Source of the DNA: Scyliorhinus canicula
Lineage: Eukaryota
Assembly: GCF_902713615.1 (NCBI RefSeq)
Contig: NW_024055891.1
Span: forward strand, 1-64,000
DNA length: 64,000 bases
Reading direction: 5' to 3'
Below the pieces are notes generated by a model, which worked only from the letters and a program-made list of their open reading frames with translations, did not search any database and had not been told where the DNA came from. How positions within the stretch are numbered: position 1 is the stretch's first letter; each line of letters starts with the position of its first letter. A program made the translations under genes and the position numbers. This document shows positions 11,874 to 23,590 of this stretch, one piece after another.

Positions 11874-12743
11874 TTACTCGTGAACTTGCTTGTGTCTCAG
11901 CAAGTTGGATATCCGAATGAATCCCTTCCCACACTTAGAGCAGGTGAATGGCCTCTCCCCAGTGTGAACTCGCTGATGCATAGTGAGTTCAGATGATCGT
12001 CTGAACCCATTCCCGCAGTGAGAGCACCTGAACGGTCTCTCGTCAGTGTGAATACGTTGATGGAATACCAGATCCCAGGTCCTTTTGTAGCACTTCCCGC
12101 AATCTGGACATTTAAAAGGTCTCTCATCAGTGTGAACTCGCTGATGGGACATCAGTTCCCCAGAACCTTTAAAGCCCTTCCCACAGTTCTGACATTTAAA
12201 TGGTCTCTTGTCTGTGTGAACTTGTTGGTGTCTCAACAGGTTGGATGAATCAGTGAATCCTTTTCCACACTCGGCGCAGGTGAATGTCTTCTCCCAAGTG
12301 TGAACCCGCTGGTGTTTCAATAGGTTGGATAAATCATTGAATCCTTTCCCACATGTGGAGCAGGTGAATGGCCTCTCCCCAGTGTGAACTCGCTGATGTC
12401 TCAGCAGGCTAGATAAATGAGCAAATTCCCTCCCACACTCGGAGCAGTTGAATGGTTTATCCCAAGTGTGAATTCTCTGGTGTGCCAGCAGGTTGGATGA
12501 CTGAGTGAATCCCTTACCACATGTGGAGCAGGTGAATGGTCTCTCCCCGGTGTGAGTGCATCGATGAATTTTCAGCTCAGACGGGGAACGAAATGCCTCC
12601 TCGCAGTCCCCACATTTCCACCGTTTCTTCCCAGTGTGAATGTGTTTGTGTCTCCTCAAGCCTGACGATTGACTGAAGCCTTGTCCACACACAGAACACG
12701 TGTACGGTTTCTCCCCAGTATGATCAGTGCTTTTCCCTTCCAT
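11874..12743 (-). CDS. C2H2 zinc-finger protein ZNF-3, 10 fingers (MEGK subfamily)
   Basis: ORF 11874..12749, first ATG at 12743 ([14 protein letters not shown]); 10 intact fingers. Confidence 0.92.
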   Translation of the reverse strand: MEGKSTDHTGEKPYTCSVCGQGFSQSSGLRRHKHIHTGKKRWKCGDCEEAFRSPSELKIHRCTHTGERPFTCSTCGKGFTQSSNLLAHQRIHTWDKPFNCSECGREFAHLSSLLRHQRVHTGERPFTCSTCGKGFNDLSNLLKHQRVHTWEKTFTCAECGKGFTDSSNLLRHQQVHTDKRPFKCQNCGKGFKGSGELMSHQRVHTDERPFKCPDCGKCYKRTWDLVFHQRIHTDERPFRCSHCGNGFRRSSELTMHQRVHTGERPFTCSKCGKGFIRISNLLRHKQVHE

Positions 12744-13023
12744 GTTCAAACTCGATGATATTCAGGGCAGGATAAATTGGACAACTGTCAGCTCCCGATG
12801 TGGTTTGAGTTTCCTGACTGCAAATCCTCCCCGTCTAATGCCCTGTGAAATTGATTTAAAACAGAAAAACAGTGAGAGAGAACCCACAAAAATCACAAAG
12901 GCAGCTTGTGGAATTGAGCTGAATGAATCTGGTCATTTATGGGGCCGGCACTGGGAAAAAGTGACCATGAAAACTGCTGGATTTTTGTAAAAATCCAACT
13001 GATTCACTGATATCCTTCAGTGA

Positions 13024-13214
13024 CGATGTGGCGATGCCGGCTTTGGACTGGGGTGGGCACAGTAAGAAGTCTTACAACACCAGGTTAAAGTCCAACAGGT
13101 TTGTTTCAAATCACTAGCTTTCGTGAATTCACCTGAGAAAGGAGCAGTGCTCTGAAAGCTAGTGATCTGAAACAAACCTGTTGGACTTTAACCTGGTGTT
13201 GTAAGACTTCTTAC
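13024..13214. mobile_element. Penelope terminal repeat in inverted (hairpin) arrangement with degenerate hammerhead
   Basis: 62-bp inverted arms 13061-13122 and 13154-13215 with 1 mismatch; CACCTGAGAAAGGAGCAGTGCTCTGAAAGCTAGTG on +; 13-bp TSD TATCCTTCAGTGA at 13011-13023 and 13215-13227. Confidence 0.85.
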
Positions 13215-13639
13215 TATCCTTCAGTGAAGGGAACCTGCCCCTTCCCCGCCTCCTCTGTCTGGGCCGACTGAAGACTCTGGCCTCTATGGGGGGAGGGGAG
13301 TGAGGGAGGATTGGGAGCAGAAGCAAGAGAGGGATTTTATATTTGTACAAATCAATCAGGACATTACCAGAATCTCCCAAACCCTCAACCATCATCTCCT
13401 AGAAGGAGCACGGTGTCAGGTGTGTGTGAACAACATCACCTCCACGCTCTCCAAGTTACACACTATCCTGACTTGTCCACGTCCAGCACTGGATGAGCAC
13501 AATTTTCCTCCATTTACATATGGGGAAGACTGAAGCCGCTGTCTTCGGTCCCAGGTGGTGAGTTACTCACCGTAGGATTTCTAGCCTCTGACCTGCTCTT
13601 GCAGCCACAGTATTTATATGACGAGCTCAGTTCAGTTTC

Positions 13640-16580
13640 GAGACAATTTGGAAAACTGGATACAAAATGGGTAAAATGGCAGAATGCAGAGTGTGATGGT
13701 TGGAGGTTGTTTTTGTGACTGGAAGCCTGGGCCCCGTGGTGTACCATAGGAATCAGTGCTGTTTGTATTGTACATTAATGATCTGGGTGTGAATGTGGGA
13801 GGCATGATCAGTAAGTTTGCAGATGACATGAAAATTGGCGGTGTGGTAAATAGTGAGGAGGAAAGCCTTAGATTACAGGATGATATAGACAGACGGGCTG
13901 GTTAGATGGACAGAATAGAGGCAAATGGAATTTAACCCTGAAAGTGAGGGGCCATGCATTTTGGGAGGACTAACAAGGCAAGGGAATACAGACATGATTC
14001 AGGGAGGAACAAGATTGGCAGCTGTCCAAGGTATAGAATCATCAGGTGATAAAGGCGGAGGTGTAAAAGACGACGTGAGCTGCAATATTGATCAAGGAGC
14101 CAATTACTGCAGTGAGGAAGGATGATATCTGAGCAGACATCTCAACTGAGGCCATCCGGGAAGGATGATATCTCAGCAGACACCTCAACTGAGGCCATCC
14201 GGGAAGGATGATATCTCAGCAGACACCTCAACTCAGGCCATCCGGGAAGGATGATATCTCAGCAGACATCTCAACTCAGGCCATCCGGGAAGGATGATAT
14301 CTCAGCAGACATCTCAACTCAGGCCATCCGGGAAGGATGATATCTCAGCTGACACCTCAACTGAGGCCATCCGGGAAGGATGATATCTCAGCTGACACCT
14401 CAACTGAGGCTATCCGGTAAGGATGATATCTCAGCAGACATCTCAACTGAGGCCATCCGGGAAGGATGGTATCTCAGCTGACATCTCAACTGAGGCCATC
14501 CGGTAAGGATGATATCTCAGCAGACATCTCAACTGAGGCTATCCGGTAAGGATGATACCTCAGCAGACACATCAACTGAGGCCATCCCGGTGGAACATAA
14601 CAACAAAAAGGGGACAATCATGTTTCTGGGAGTGCGTCATTGGTCCCCAAACAAGCAGTAAGGGAGAGGTGGAAGGGCAGATATGTAGGCAAATCCCAGA
14701 GAAGTGTAAAATAATAGGGTATTAATAGTCAGTGGAAGTGATTGTGACCATAACTGGTAAGGTTTATGTTGTTATGGAAAAGGAAAACTCACTGAAAATA
14801 AAGGTTCTGAATTGGGTGAAGGCTGACTTCAATGTGATACAACAGGATCTGACCAAAGCAGACTGGCAGCAGCTACTGACAGGGAAATCTTTCCAGCAGT
14901 GGGGGTCATTCAGAAAGGAAATAGAGAAAGTACAGGGCCAACATATTCTCATGAAGATAAAGGCTGGGACCAAAATGTTCCGAGTACCCTGGGGATCAAG
15001 GGGTACACAGAATTGGATCAGGAAAAAAAGGGAGGCAGGAGACCCAAGACGGTGGATGCCTGAGGATTGTAGCAAGTGCAGAGGGGTACGTAATGAAATA
15101 AATTCGGAGAGTAAAGAGGTGACATGAACAATGCTGGCGGATAAAATAAAGGAGAATTCCAAAGTGTTTTACAAGTATGTTAAGGGCAAGAGGGTAACAA
15201 GGGAAAGAGAAGGGCCCGTTAAGGACCAAAGTGGTAATCTGTATGTGGAGCCGGAAGATGTGGGTGAGATTTTAATGAGTATTTTGCATCTGTGTTCACT
15301 GTGGAGAAGGACGATGTAGATATTGAAATCAGGGAGGTCCACTGTGATATAGCTGAACAGGTTAGCACAGAGAGGGAGGAGGAGTGAGCGTTTTTGCAGG
15401 TATAAAAGTGGACCAATCCTCAGACTCAGAGGCGATGTGTCCCAGGCTGCTGTATGAGGCAAGGTAGGAGATTGCAGAGGCTCTAACACTATTTTTAAAA
15501 TCCTCTCTGGCCACAGGAGATGTGCCAGAGGACTTGAGGACAGAGTATGTGATGGCATTATTCAAGGAGGGAAGTAGGGATAAACAAGGAAATTTCAGTG
15601 TGAGTCATACAACAGTGGTAGGGAAAACATAGGAAAGAATTCTGAGGGACAGAATTAATCTCCACTTGGAGAGGCAAGGATTGATCAAGTATAGTCATCG
15701 TGGCTTTGTCAGGGGGCGATCATGTCTAACAGATGTGATTGAATGTTTTGAGGAGGTGACTAGGTGTGTAGATGACACAGTCTATATGGACTTCAGTATG
15801 GCTATTGACAAGGTCTTCTCTGGGAGACTGGTGAAGAAGCCCATGGAATCCAGAGCAATTCGGCAAATTGGATCCAAAATTGGTTGAGAGGCGGAGGGTG
15901 ATGGTTGAACGTTGTTTTGTGACTGGATCACTGTGTCCAATGGTGTACTGTTTGGATCAGTGCTGGGTCTCTTGCTGTTTGTAGTGTACATTAATGATCT
16001 GGATGTGAATGTGGGAGGTAAGTTTGCAGATGACATGAATAATGGTGGTGTGGTAAATAGCGAGGAGGAAAGCCTTAGTATACAGGACGATATAGTCGGG
16101 CTGGTGAGATGGGTAGAACAGGAGCAAATGGAGTTTAACTCTGAAAAGTCTGATGTGATGCATTTTGCGAGGATGAACAAGGCAAGGATATACACACTGA
16201 ACGGTAGGGCATGAGGAAGCATAGAGGACCAGAGGGACTTTAGGGTGCATGTCCATTGATACCTGAAGGCAGCAGGACAGGTGGAGAAGGTAGTTAAGAA
16301 GGCTTATGTGATATTTGTCTGTATTAGCTGAGATTGAGAATATAAGAGCAGGGAGGTTATGATGGAGCTGTATAAAACACTGGCTGGGCCACAGCTAGAG
16401 AACTGTGTGCAGTTCTGGTCGCCATAGGATAGGCACTAGAGAGGAGATTCATCAGGATGTTGCCGGAGCTGGAGTATTTCAGTTATGAGTAGTGGCTGGA
16501 TAGACTGGGGTTGTTTTTCTGAGAGCAGCAAGGCTGAGGGGGAACTGATTGAGGTGTAAAAAAATTATGAAGGACATGGT
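13640..16580 (+). mobile_element. Composite of degenerate CR1 LINE fragments (RT, endonuclease, RT)
   Basis: YINDLG..KFADD at ~13780, KIKENSKVFYKYVKGKR, HRGFVRGRSCLT, GSVLGLLLFVVYINDL..KFADD. Confidence 0.8.
14116..14590. repeat. 43-bp minisatellite, ~11 copies, within CR1 remnant
   Basis: Unit GGAAGGATGATATCTCAGCAGACATCTCAACTGAGGCCATCCG; period 43 (14117, 14160, 14203). Confidence 0.95.
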
Positions 16581-17560
16581 AGTTGCTGGAGTGGTAGTGG
16601 GAGGTGGGGGGTTTAAACTAATATGGCAGGGGGATGGGAATCTATGTAAGGATTCAGAGCAGAGAGAAATCAAGAACAAGGGAAAAAGACAGAAAGAAAA
16701 ATAAGAAAAGTGATGGGCAGATAAATCAAGGGCCAGAATCAGATAAGAACACAGTAAAAAAATAGTAGGAAAGGGCAGCACGGTGGCGCAGTGGGTTCGC
16801 CCTGCAGCCTCACGGCGCAGAGGTCCCAGGTTTGATCCCAGCTCTGGGTCACTGTCCGTATGGAGTTTGCACATTCTCCCCGTGTTTGCATGGGTTTCGC
16901 CCCCACAACCCAAAGATGTACAGGCTAGGTGGATTGGCCACGCTAAATTGCCCCTTAATTGGAAAAAATGAATTGGGTACACTAAATTTATTTTAAAATA
17001 GTAGAGACCGGTCAAGGGATGTTTAAGGTTTTGTACCTGAATGCTCGGAGCACTGGAACTAAAATGGATGAATTAGTTGCGTAGATAGATGTAAAGGAGT
17101 ATGTACAGTTGGGATTACAGAGACATGGCTCCAAGGTTACCAAGGATGGGAACTAAACATTGAGGGCTATTCAGTTTTTAGGACGGACAGACAGAAAGGA
17201 AAAGGCGGTGAAGTTGTATAATTGATTAAAGAAGATATTGATATCATATTGAGGAAAGATATTAGCACCGATAGTGTGGAATGTGTGTGGATCGAGTTAG
17301 GAAACACCAAGGGGCAAAAAGCATTCATAGGGGAGGTAATCAGACCACCAAACTGCACTGGTAATGTTGAAATAGCATCAGACAGGAAATCAGAGATGCA
17401 TGTGATCAGGGAATCTGTGATCATGTGTGACTTCAATCTGCATATTGATTAGGCTAATCAAACTGGTAGCAATGCGATGGAGGAGGATTTCTTGGAATTT
17501 CTAAGGGATGGTTTTCTCGACCAATATGCCGAGGAACCAACGAGAGAGCATTGTCAAGGC
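16580..17560 (+). mobile_element. CR1 ORF1-end/endonuclease fragment with nested SINE
   Basis: YLNARS...GITETWL...SVECVWIEL...CDFNLHID, APE-type motifs. Confidence 0.7.
16772..16998 (+). mobile_element. Short V-SINE type C (tail AATTGGAAAAAATGAATTGGGTAC.CTAAATTT)
   Basis: tRNA head and shortened core; other copies at ~9640-9850, 29561-29781, 32085-32265 (+) and 33340-33545, 55030-55180, 63787-63993 (-). Confidence 0.85.
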
Positions 17561-18349
17561 CAAGATCGATGGGTTTTTAATCAGTTGGGGAATGAAGGGT
17601 TACAGAGAGAAGGCAGGAAAGTGGACTCAGTGAGTGGTTGATCTATGATCTTAGTAAATGGCAGAGCAGACTCAAAGGGCTGAATGTCATACCCCTCTTC
17701 CTATTTCTTATGGTCTTGTGGAGATTGAGGGGAAATTGATAGAAGTGCACAAGATTGTTAGGTTTAGATAAGGGTGTTCAACAAATGCTGTTCCTATCCG
17801 CTGATTGTAAAAGATTACATGACACAGATTTAATATTTTGAGCAATATCTACATGGGGGAATGTGAGGAAGAAGTTTTACTCAGTGTGGGGTAATAACTT
17901 GAACTCAATGCTTACACTCAAAGGGAGATAATATTCAGCTCCTGATAAATCGAACGATGCAGTCAGACTGAGATGTGAGATTTGGTTTGAATTTCCTGTC
18001 TGCAAATCATCTTCCAATATCCTGTAAAATACATTTACAAAAGCCATCACTGTCAGTCCAAAAATGAAATTCAGAAGAGACAAATATTTCTCTTGGTTGG
18101 AGTTTTCTATGTGTAAATCCTCCCCTTGTAATCCCCTGTAAAAGGAGTTTCCAAAATCCATCTCTGTCAGTCTGGGATAGAAATTCACTACATTCTCTCC
18201 TCCTGCTGCCAATGCATGCTCCCTGCTGCACTTGGCCCCTTGTCATTATCATCAGCAGACCCTTGATTCAAGGATGATATCTCCTCAGGGTAGTGTTTTT
18301 CTGCTATGGATCTCCATGTGACTGAACTGTGACTGCAGATCTTTGCACA

Positions 18350-18735
18350 CACCACTTATTGCTGGCCCGCTATCCAGCCCCATCGCTCCACGCCAGCCAC
18401 ACAGTATAAATTTGACCCTATTTCCAATTCTCTAGCTTTGACAAAGGGTCATCCAGACTCAACATTAGCTCCCTTCTCTCTCCACAGATGCTGTCAGACA
18501 TGAAAATGAAGTAATGAAAATCGCTTATTGTCATGAGTAGGCTTCAAATCAAGTTACTGTGAAAAGCCCCTAGTCGCCACATTCCAGCACCTGTTCGGGG
18601 AGGCTGTTACGGGAATCGAACCGTGCTGCTGGCCTGCTTTCAAAGCCAGTGATTTAGCCCTGTGCTAAACATCCCCGACATGACAAGATTGTTCAGTATT
18701 TTCTGTTTTTGTTTCAGATTCCAGCATCCGAATAA
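18350..18735 (+). mobile_element. Older Penelope-like terminal repeat of a second family, interrupted by a SINE
   Basis: Degenerate hammerhead-like TTTGACAAAGGGTC-ATCCA-GACTC-AACATTAGCT at ~18437-18470, then CTCTCCACAGATGCTG...GTTTCAGATTCCAGCATC, as I recall from fish and shark Penelope ends. Confidence 0.5.
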
Positions 18736-18843
18736 GATGCCTTTAACTCCATGAGGTAGTTCAATCTGGACAGCAGGATTTGCTTCCTCTTCCTTCTGCA
18801 TTTTCCTCAACAATAAGACATTGGGACTAAAGGCTAATACTGT

Positions 18844-19493
18844 GGGCGCGATTCTCCGCTCCCCACACGCCGGGTGGGAGAATCACGGGAGAGCCGCTGT
18901 GGCAACCCCCCGCGACTCTCCCACCCCCCCCCCCCCCCCCAAATGGCGTGTCGCGTTTTGCGACATGCCGCTCGGAGAATCGCCGCTCGCCGTTTTTCCC
19001 GGCGATTCTTCGGCCCGGATGGGCTTAGCGGCCTGACGACCCTGATGGGTTCACGCCGGCGGCAATCACACCTGGTCGCTGCCGGCGTGAACAGCGTGCG
19101 ACAGGTCAGTGTGGGGCCTGTGGGGGGCGGAGAGGGGATCGAGCACCGTGGACGTGTTCAGGAGAGGACTGGCCCGCTATCAGTGCCCGCAGGCGCCGGC
19201 GTCTGTAAACGCCTCACTCTTTCCCCTCTGCCGGCCCGCAAGATCAAGCCACCACATCTTGCGGGGCAGCGGAGGGGAAGACGGCAACCGCGCGTGTGCG
19301 GCTGATGTCACTTAGGCGCCGCCGGCCGCGTCATTCTCGGCGCGCCGCTTTGAGGCAAGCGTCAAGGCCCGGCGGCCGAGTTTCCCGCAACGCCACTCCT
19401 AGCCCCCCTGGGGGAGAGGGAATAGGGGGAGAGGAGCAGCCTCCGACACTCCGGGTTTCACTCCGGCGTCGGCCGTTGCGGAGAATTTCGCCC
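18844..19493. mobile_element. GC-rich MITE / non-autonomous DNA transposon (PIF/Harbinger-like)
   Basis: 16-bp TIRs GGGCGCGATTCTCCGC / GCGGAGAATTTCGCCC (14/16 match), 3-bp TSD TGT, internal GGAGAAT repeats, CpGs retained. Confidence 0.8.
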
Positions 19494-19529
19494 TGTGTCT
19501 CCATTCTGAACAATGGGTAACAAGCTCCT

Positions 19530-20220
19530 CCCAGTCGTTGAAACATTGCCCCCTACAAAGATGGCGATCACGCATGCGCCCTGCTGCATATTACCCCAAT
19601 TAAGATGGCGGCCGTCAACACGCCCAATCAGTTGGAGCCCCATACAAATGGGAGGGGAAGAGAGGGTTGATCGGTTCTTTTTTAGGATTTGCGGTTTGCA
19701 CAACATATTTAGGAAGCCGTTTCGCCCACCCACTGGGTCTTTTGCTCCCTCTGAACCGCCATACGCACCGATTGCGGATCAGAAAAACAAACATCTCACC
19801 ACCGCCATTACGCACACTGAGTATTCCCATCTCCCAGCTTGGTCCCGCCCCTTCTTCAGTCCGATTGGTTGGATGACCAGCCGCTCCCTTTCGGTCCTCC
19901 AGCCCTTCCCCGCTTTCTATTGGTTGAGATCTGCCGCCAATCACTCCCCTGCAATTTGAAGCATGCGCAGTGTCGCTGCTGGAGCTGGACAACGGTGCGC
20001 AGGTGCATTGGCAAAGAATTTCGAGCATGCGCAGTGTTAATGTTGCCTCGGCCCTTTGTCCCGGAGAAGCGGAGTCAGCGTCAGGCGGTCGGTGGGAGGA
20101 TTTGGAAACAGTTTGTGGATCCGCAAACCCTTCACCATCATTGTCAGCTCCCTGGGTTGCAGCTGCGGAGCTTCTCCCTCCCTCCCGGGAACAGGCCCAG
20201 GTTAACGGGCACCATCCTGC
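19530..20220. promoter_or_regulatory. CpG-rich putative bidirectional promoter P2 (ZNF-3 / ZNF-4)
   Basis: YY1 AAGATGGCG twice (~19558, ~19602), NRF1-like GCATGCGC three times, several CCAAT/ATTGG; core CCGCCCCTT...ATTGGTTGGA.GACCAGCCGCTCCC homologous to P1. Confidence 0.78.
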
Positions 20221-20774
20221 TTCACACACTGGGGGATGGTTCACATCACAGGATGGGGGAGGGGGGATAATAAATAAGAGCTTACACTTTGCACTCAAAT
20301 CAATGAGGACTCTGATCTCTGGCAAGGAAGGAAACCCTGGCAGGTGGGCGGGGAGGATTCACAAACACCCGCTGGAGGCCCCAAGCCCCCTGTATCCTGT
20401 CGGTGATGGATTTTGTAAAATTATTTTTACAGGATATCAGAGGATTTACAGACATGAAACTGAAACCAAATTTCACATCAAGATGCTTCAGTGATTTGAT
20501 TAATCAGAACCTGAATATCATCAGCCTTTGTATACAGAAGGAGAAATCTATGTTCCGCCTGTGGGAAAAGATCTGAGCCATCAGTGTTACTGAGAAAGCA
20601 TCGAGAAACACAAATACCCGAGAGAGAGGTTCCAATGTGCTGAACCTGGAAAGAGCTTTCACCAGCCTGAAAGCAAAACCACAGCATTCACAGTGAGTAG
20701 TCACCCTGGACATATTCTGTGTCAACGAGGCTTCAACATTATCCAAGTTGGAGACGCACGAGGACACTCACATC

Positions 20775-22007
20775 ATGGAGAAACCTTTGAAATGTGGGGA
20801 CTGTGGGAAGGGATTCAATTACCCATCTGCATTGGATATTCATCGACGTATTCACACTGGAGAGAGGCCGTTCACCTGTCCAGTGTGTGGGAAAGGATTT
20901 GCTTACTCATCCAGCCTGTATACACATCAGCGTGTTCATACTGACGAGAGGCCATTCACTTGCCTGGAATGTGGGAAGGGATGTAATGCTTTATCAAGCC
21001 TCCTGATTCACCAGCAAGTTCACTCTGATCAGAGACCATTTAAATGTTCTGATTGTGACAAAAGCTTTAAAAGCACAAAGGACTTGCTGAGACACCAGCG
21101 CACTCATATGGAGGTGAGGCCTTTCACCTGCTCAGTGTGTGGGAAGGGATTCACTCAGTCATCCCACCTTCTAACACACCAACTGGTTCACTCTGATAAG
21201 AGACCTTTTCAATGTTCGCACTGTGAGAAGTGTTTTAAAAGTAAAAATGATTTACAAGCCCATCAACGCACACACACTGGGGAGAAGCCGTTCACCTGTT
21301 CTCTCTGTCAGAGGAGATTCGGACGTTTATCTCAGCTACAGACACACCAGCGAGTTCACTCTGATCAGAGACCATTTCAATGTTCTGACTGTGGGAAGAG
21401 CTTTAAAAGCAAACAGGATCTGGTGACACACCAGCGAGTTCACACTGGAGAGAGGCCATTCACCTGCTCTGTGTGTGGGAAGGGATTCACCCATTCATCC
21501 CACCGTCTGAGACACCAGCGAGTTCACACTAGAGAGAGGATATTCATTTGCTCTGTGTGTGGGAAGGGATTTATTGATTCACCCCACCTTCTGATCCATG
21601 AGCGAATTCACACTGGGGAGAGACCGTTCACTTGCTCCATGTGTGGGAAAGGATTCACGCAGCCATCCCAGCTCGCTGTGCATCAACTTGTTCACACTGA
21701 GCAGAGACCGTTTAAATGTTCTGACTGTGAGAAAAGCTTTAAGAGCACAAAGGACCTTCTGAGACACCAACAAGTTCACACTGGGGAGAGGTCATTCACC
21801 TGCCTGATATGTGGGAAGAGATTTGCTCAGTCTTCCCACCTGCTGAGCCACCAGCAGGTTCACACTGGAGAGAGAGCATTCACCTGCTCCATGTGTGGGA
21901 AGAGATTTGCTCGGTCATCCAATCTGCTGAGACACCAGCGAGTTCACAAGTCACTGCAGGGGTTAGATTCTGCTGTTGCTGCTGCTTTTAATCCCATGCA
22001 GGACTGA
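20775..22007 (+). CDS. C2H2 zinc-finger protein ZNF-4, 14 fingers
   Basis: ORF 20748..22007, first ATG at 20775 (MEKPLKCGDC); 14 fingers and a short C-terminal tail. Confidence 0.92.
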   Translation: MEKPLKCGDCGKGFNYPSALDIHRRIHTGERPFTCPVCGKGFAYSSSLYTHQRVHTDERPFTCLECGKGCNALSSLLIHQQVHSDQRPFKCSDCDKSFKSTKDLLRHQRTHMEVRPFTCSVCGKGFTQSSHLLTHQLVHSDKRPFQCSHCEKCFKSKNDLQAHQRTHTGEKPFTCSLCQRRFGRLSQLQTHQRVHSDQRPFQCSDCGKSFKSKQDLVTHQRVHTGERPFTCSVCGKGFTHSSHRLRHQRVHTRERIFICSVCGKGFIDSPHLLIHERIHTGERPFTCSMCGKGFTQPSQLAVHQLVHTEQRPFKCSDCEKSFKSTKDLLRHQQVHTGERSFTCLICGKRFAQSSHLLSHQQVHTGERAFTCSMCGKRFARSSNLLRHQRVHKSLQGLDSAVAAAFNPMQD

Positions 22008-22029
22008 ACCATGTTCATTCTGTTATTAA

Positions 22030-23590
22030 GGAGGTTGGAGTGGGCACTTAGATAATCTCAGTGCAATTAGGCAGAATCAATATAATTTATGAAAGGGAAA
22101 TCATGTTTGACCAATTTATTGGAGTTCTTTGAGGAAGTAACAAGCAATGTGGATAAAGGGGGACTTGGGGATGTGATGTATTTAGATTTCCAGTAGGCAC
22201 TTGACAAGGTGCCACTTAATGTTCACCCCACAAAATAAAAGCCCATTGTGTAGCTGGTAACAGCATGGACAGAGGATTGGTTAGTGAATAGGAAATACTG
22301 TGGAGATAAAAACGAGTCATTTTTGATGTAACCTGTGGACTGCCACAGGGATCGGTACTGAAGGCTCAACTATTTTCAGGACTTGGTTGACAGGGTTGAA
22401 AGTACGGTTGCAAAATTTGCTGTTGCTACAAAGGTATGGAGTACCTTGTATGGTGAGTAACCATAAGGAGTCAGTAATCGGTGCAGATTGAGCATAATGT
22501 GGGGAAATTTGAACTTGTTCACTTTGACAGGAAGAATAAAAAAGCAACATATTGGATTGAATTTATTGTCACGTGTAACGAGGTACGGTGAAAAATATTG
22601 CTCTGCGCACAGCTCAGGCAGATCATTCCGTACATGAAAAGAAAATACATAGAGCAAACATAAAATACACAATGTAAATATATAGACACAGACATCGGGT
22701 GAAGCATACAGGAGTGTAGTACAGTATTACTCAGTAGAGAAGATGTGTGAAGAGAATGTAAAAGAGAAAGGTCAGTGATAGTGTTAGTGTTAGAATTAAG
22801 TTTTCAGAGATTAGTATGATTATCGGAGCTGTAAGAAGTGGATCTGTGTGAGAGAGCTCGTAAAGAGTCGCCACACTCCGGCACCATCTTGCATTGCTTA
22901 TTTAAATACACAGAGATTGCAGCTCCGAGGTACAAGGGATCTGGGTGTATTGATACATGAATCAGGATCAGTTACTCCGCAGATACAGGACACAATTGGG
23001 AAGGTAAAGGAAATGTTGCTGTTTATTGCAAGGGGAAAGTACTGCAGTTGTACAGGGTATTGGTAAGACCACATCCAAAGTACTGTGTACGGTTTTGGTC
23101 TCCTTATCAAAGAAAGGACATAATTTCATTCGAATCAGGTCAGAGAAGGTTCACTTGACTGGATGAGGGGTTATCATAGGAGGAAAACATGGACAGGCTG
23201 GGCCTGTATTCACTGCAGTTTGGAAGAATGAGAGGGCATCTGATTGAAACATGAGATTCTGAGGGGAATTGATTCATTGTAAGAGATTAGAATTAGGGTA
23301 ATAGTTTAAAAACAAGGGGTTTCCTATTTAAGATGGAGATGAGAACCTTTTTCACTCAGAGGATCGATAGTCTGGAATTCTCTTCCACAGAGAGTGCTGG
23401 AGGCTGGGTCGCTGAATAGTTTGAAGCCTGAATTAAACAGATCCTTCACTGGTGAGGGAGTCAAAGGGTTTCGTGGGGAGGAAGGAAAGTGGAGTCGAGG
23501 CCACAATCAGATCAGCAATGATATTACGGAATGGTGGAGCGGTTCTCAAGGGGCTGAGTGGCTACTCCTGTTCCTAATTCGTATGTATTC
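22030..23590 (+). mobile_element. Degenerate CR1 LINE fragment
   Basis: KGKSCLTNLLEFFEEV, YLDF, RDLGVLIHES and a CR1-type 3' UTR. Confidence 0.75.
22551..22891 (-). mobile_element. Short internally deleted Rex1/Babar-like element (putative 5' end joined to 3' UTR)
   Basis: 3' part matches 28362-28560; the 5' part begins CAAGATGGTGCCGGAGTGTGGCGACT; it interrupts a CR1 fragment. Confidence 0.55.

Noticed and set aside
19513-20494. Several 140-240-aa overlapping ORFs at P2
   Set aside because: GC-rich promoter/MITE sequence depleted of stop codons; no recognisable domain.
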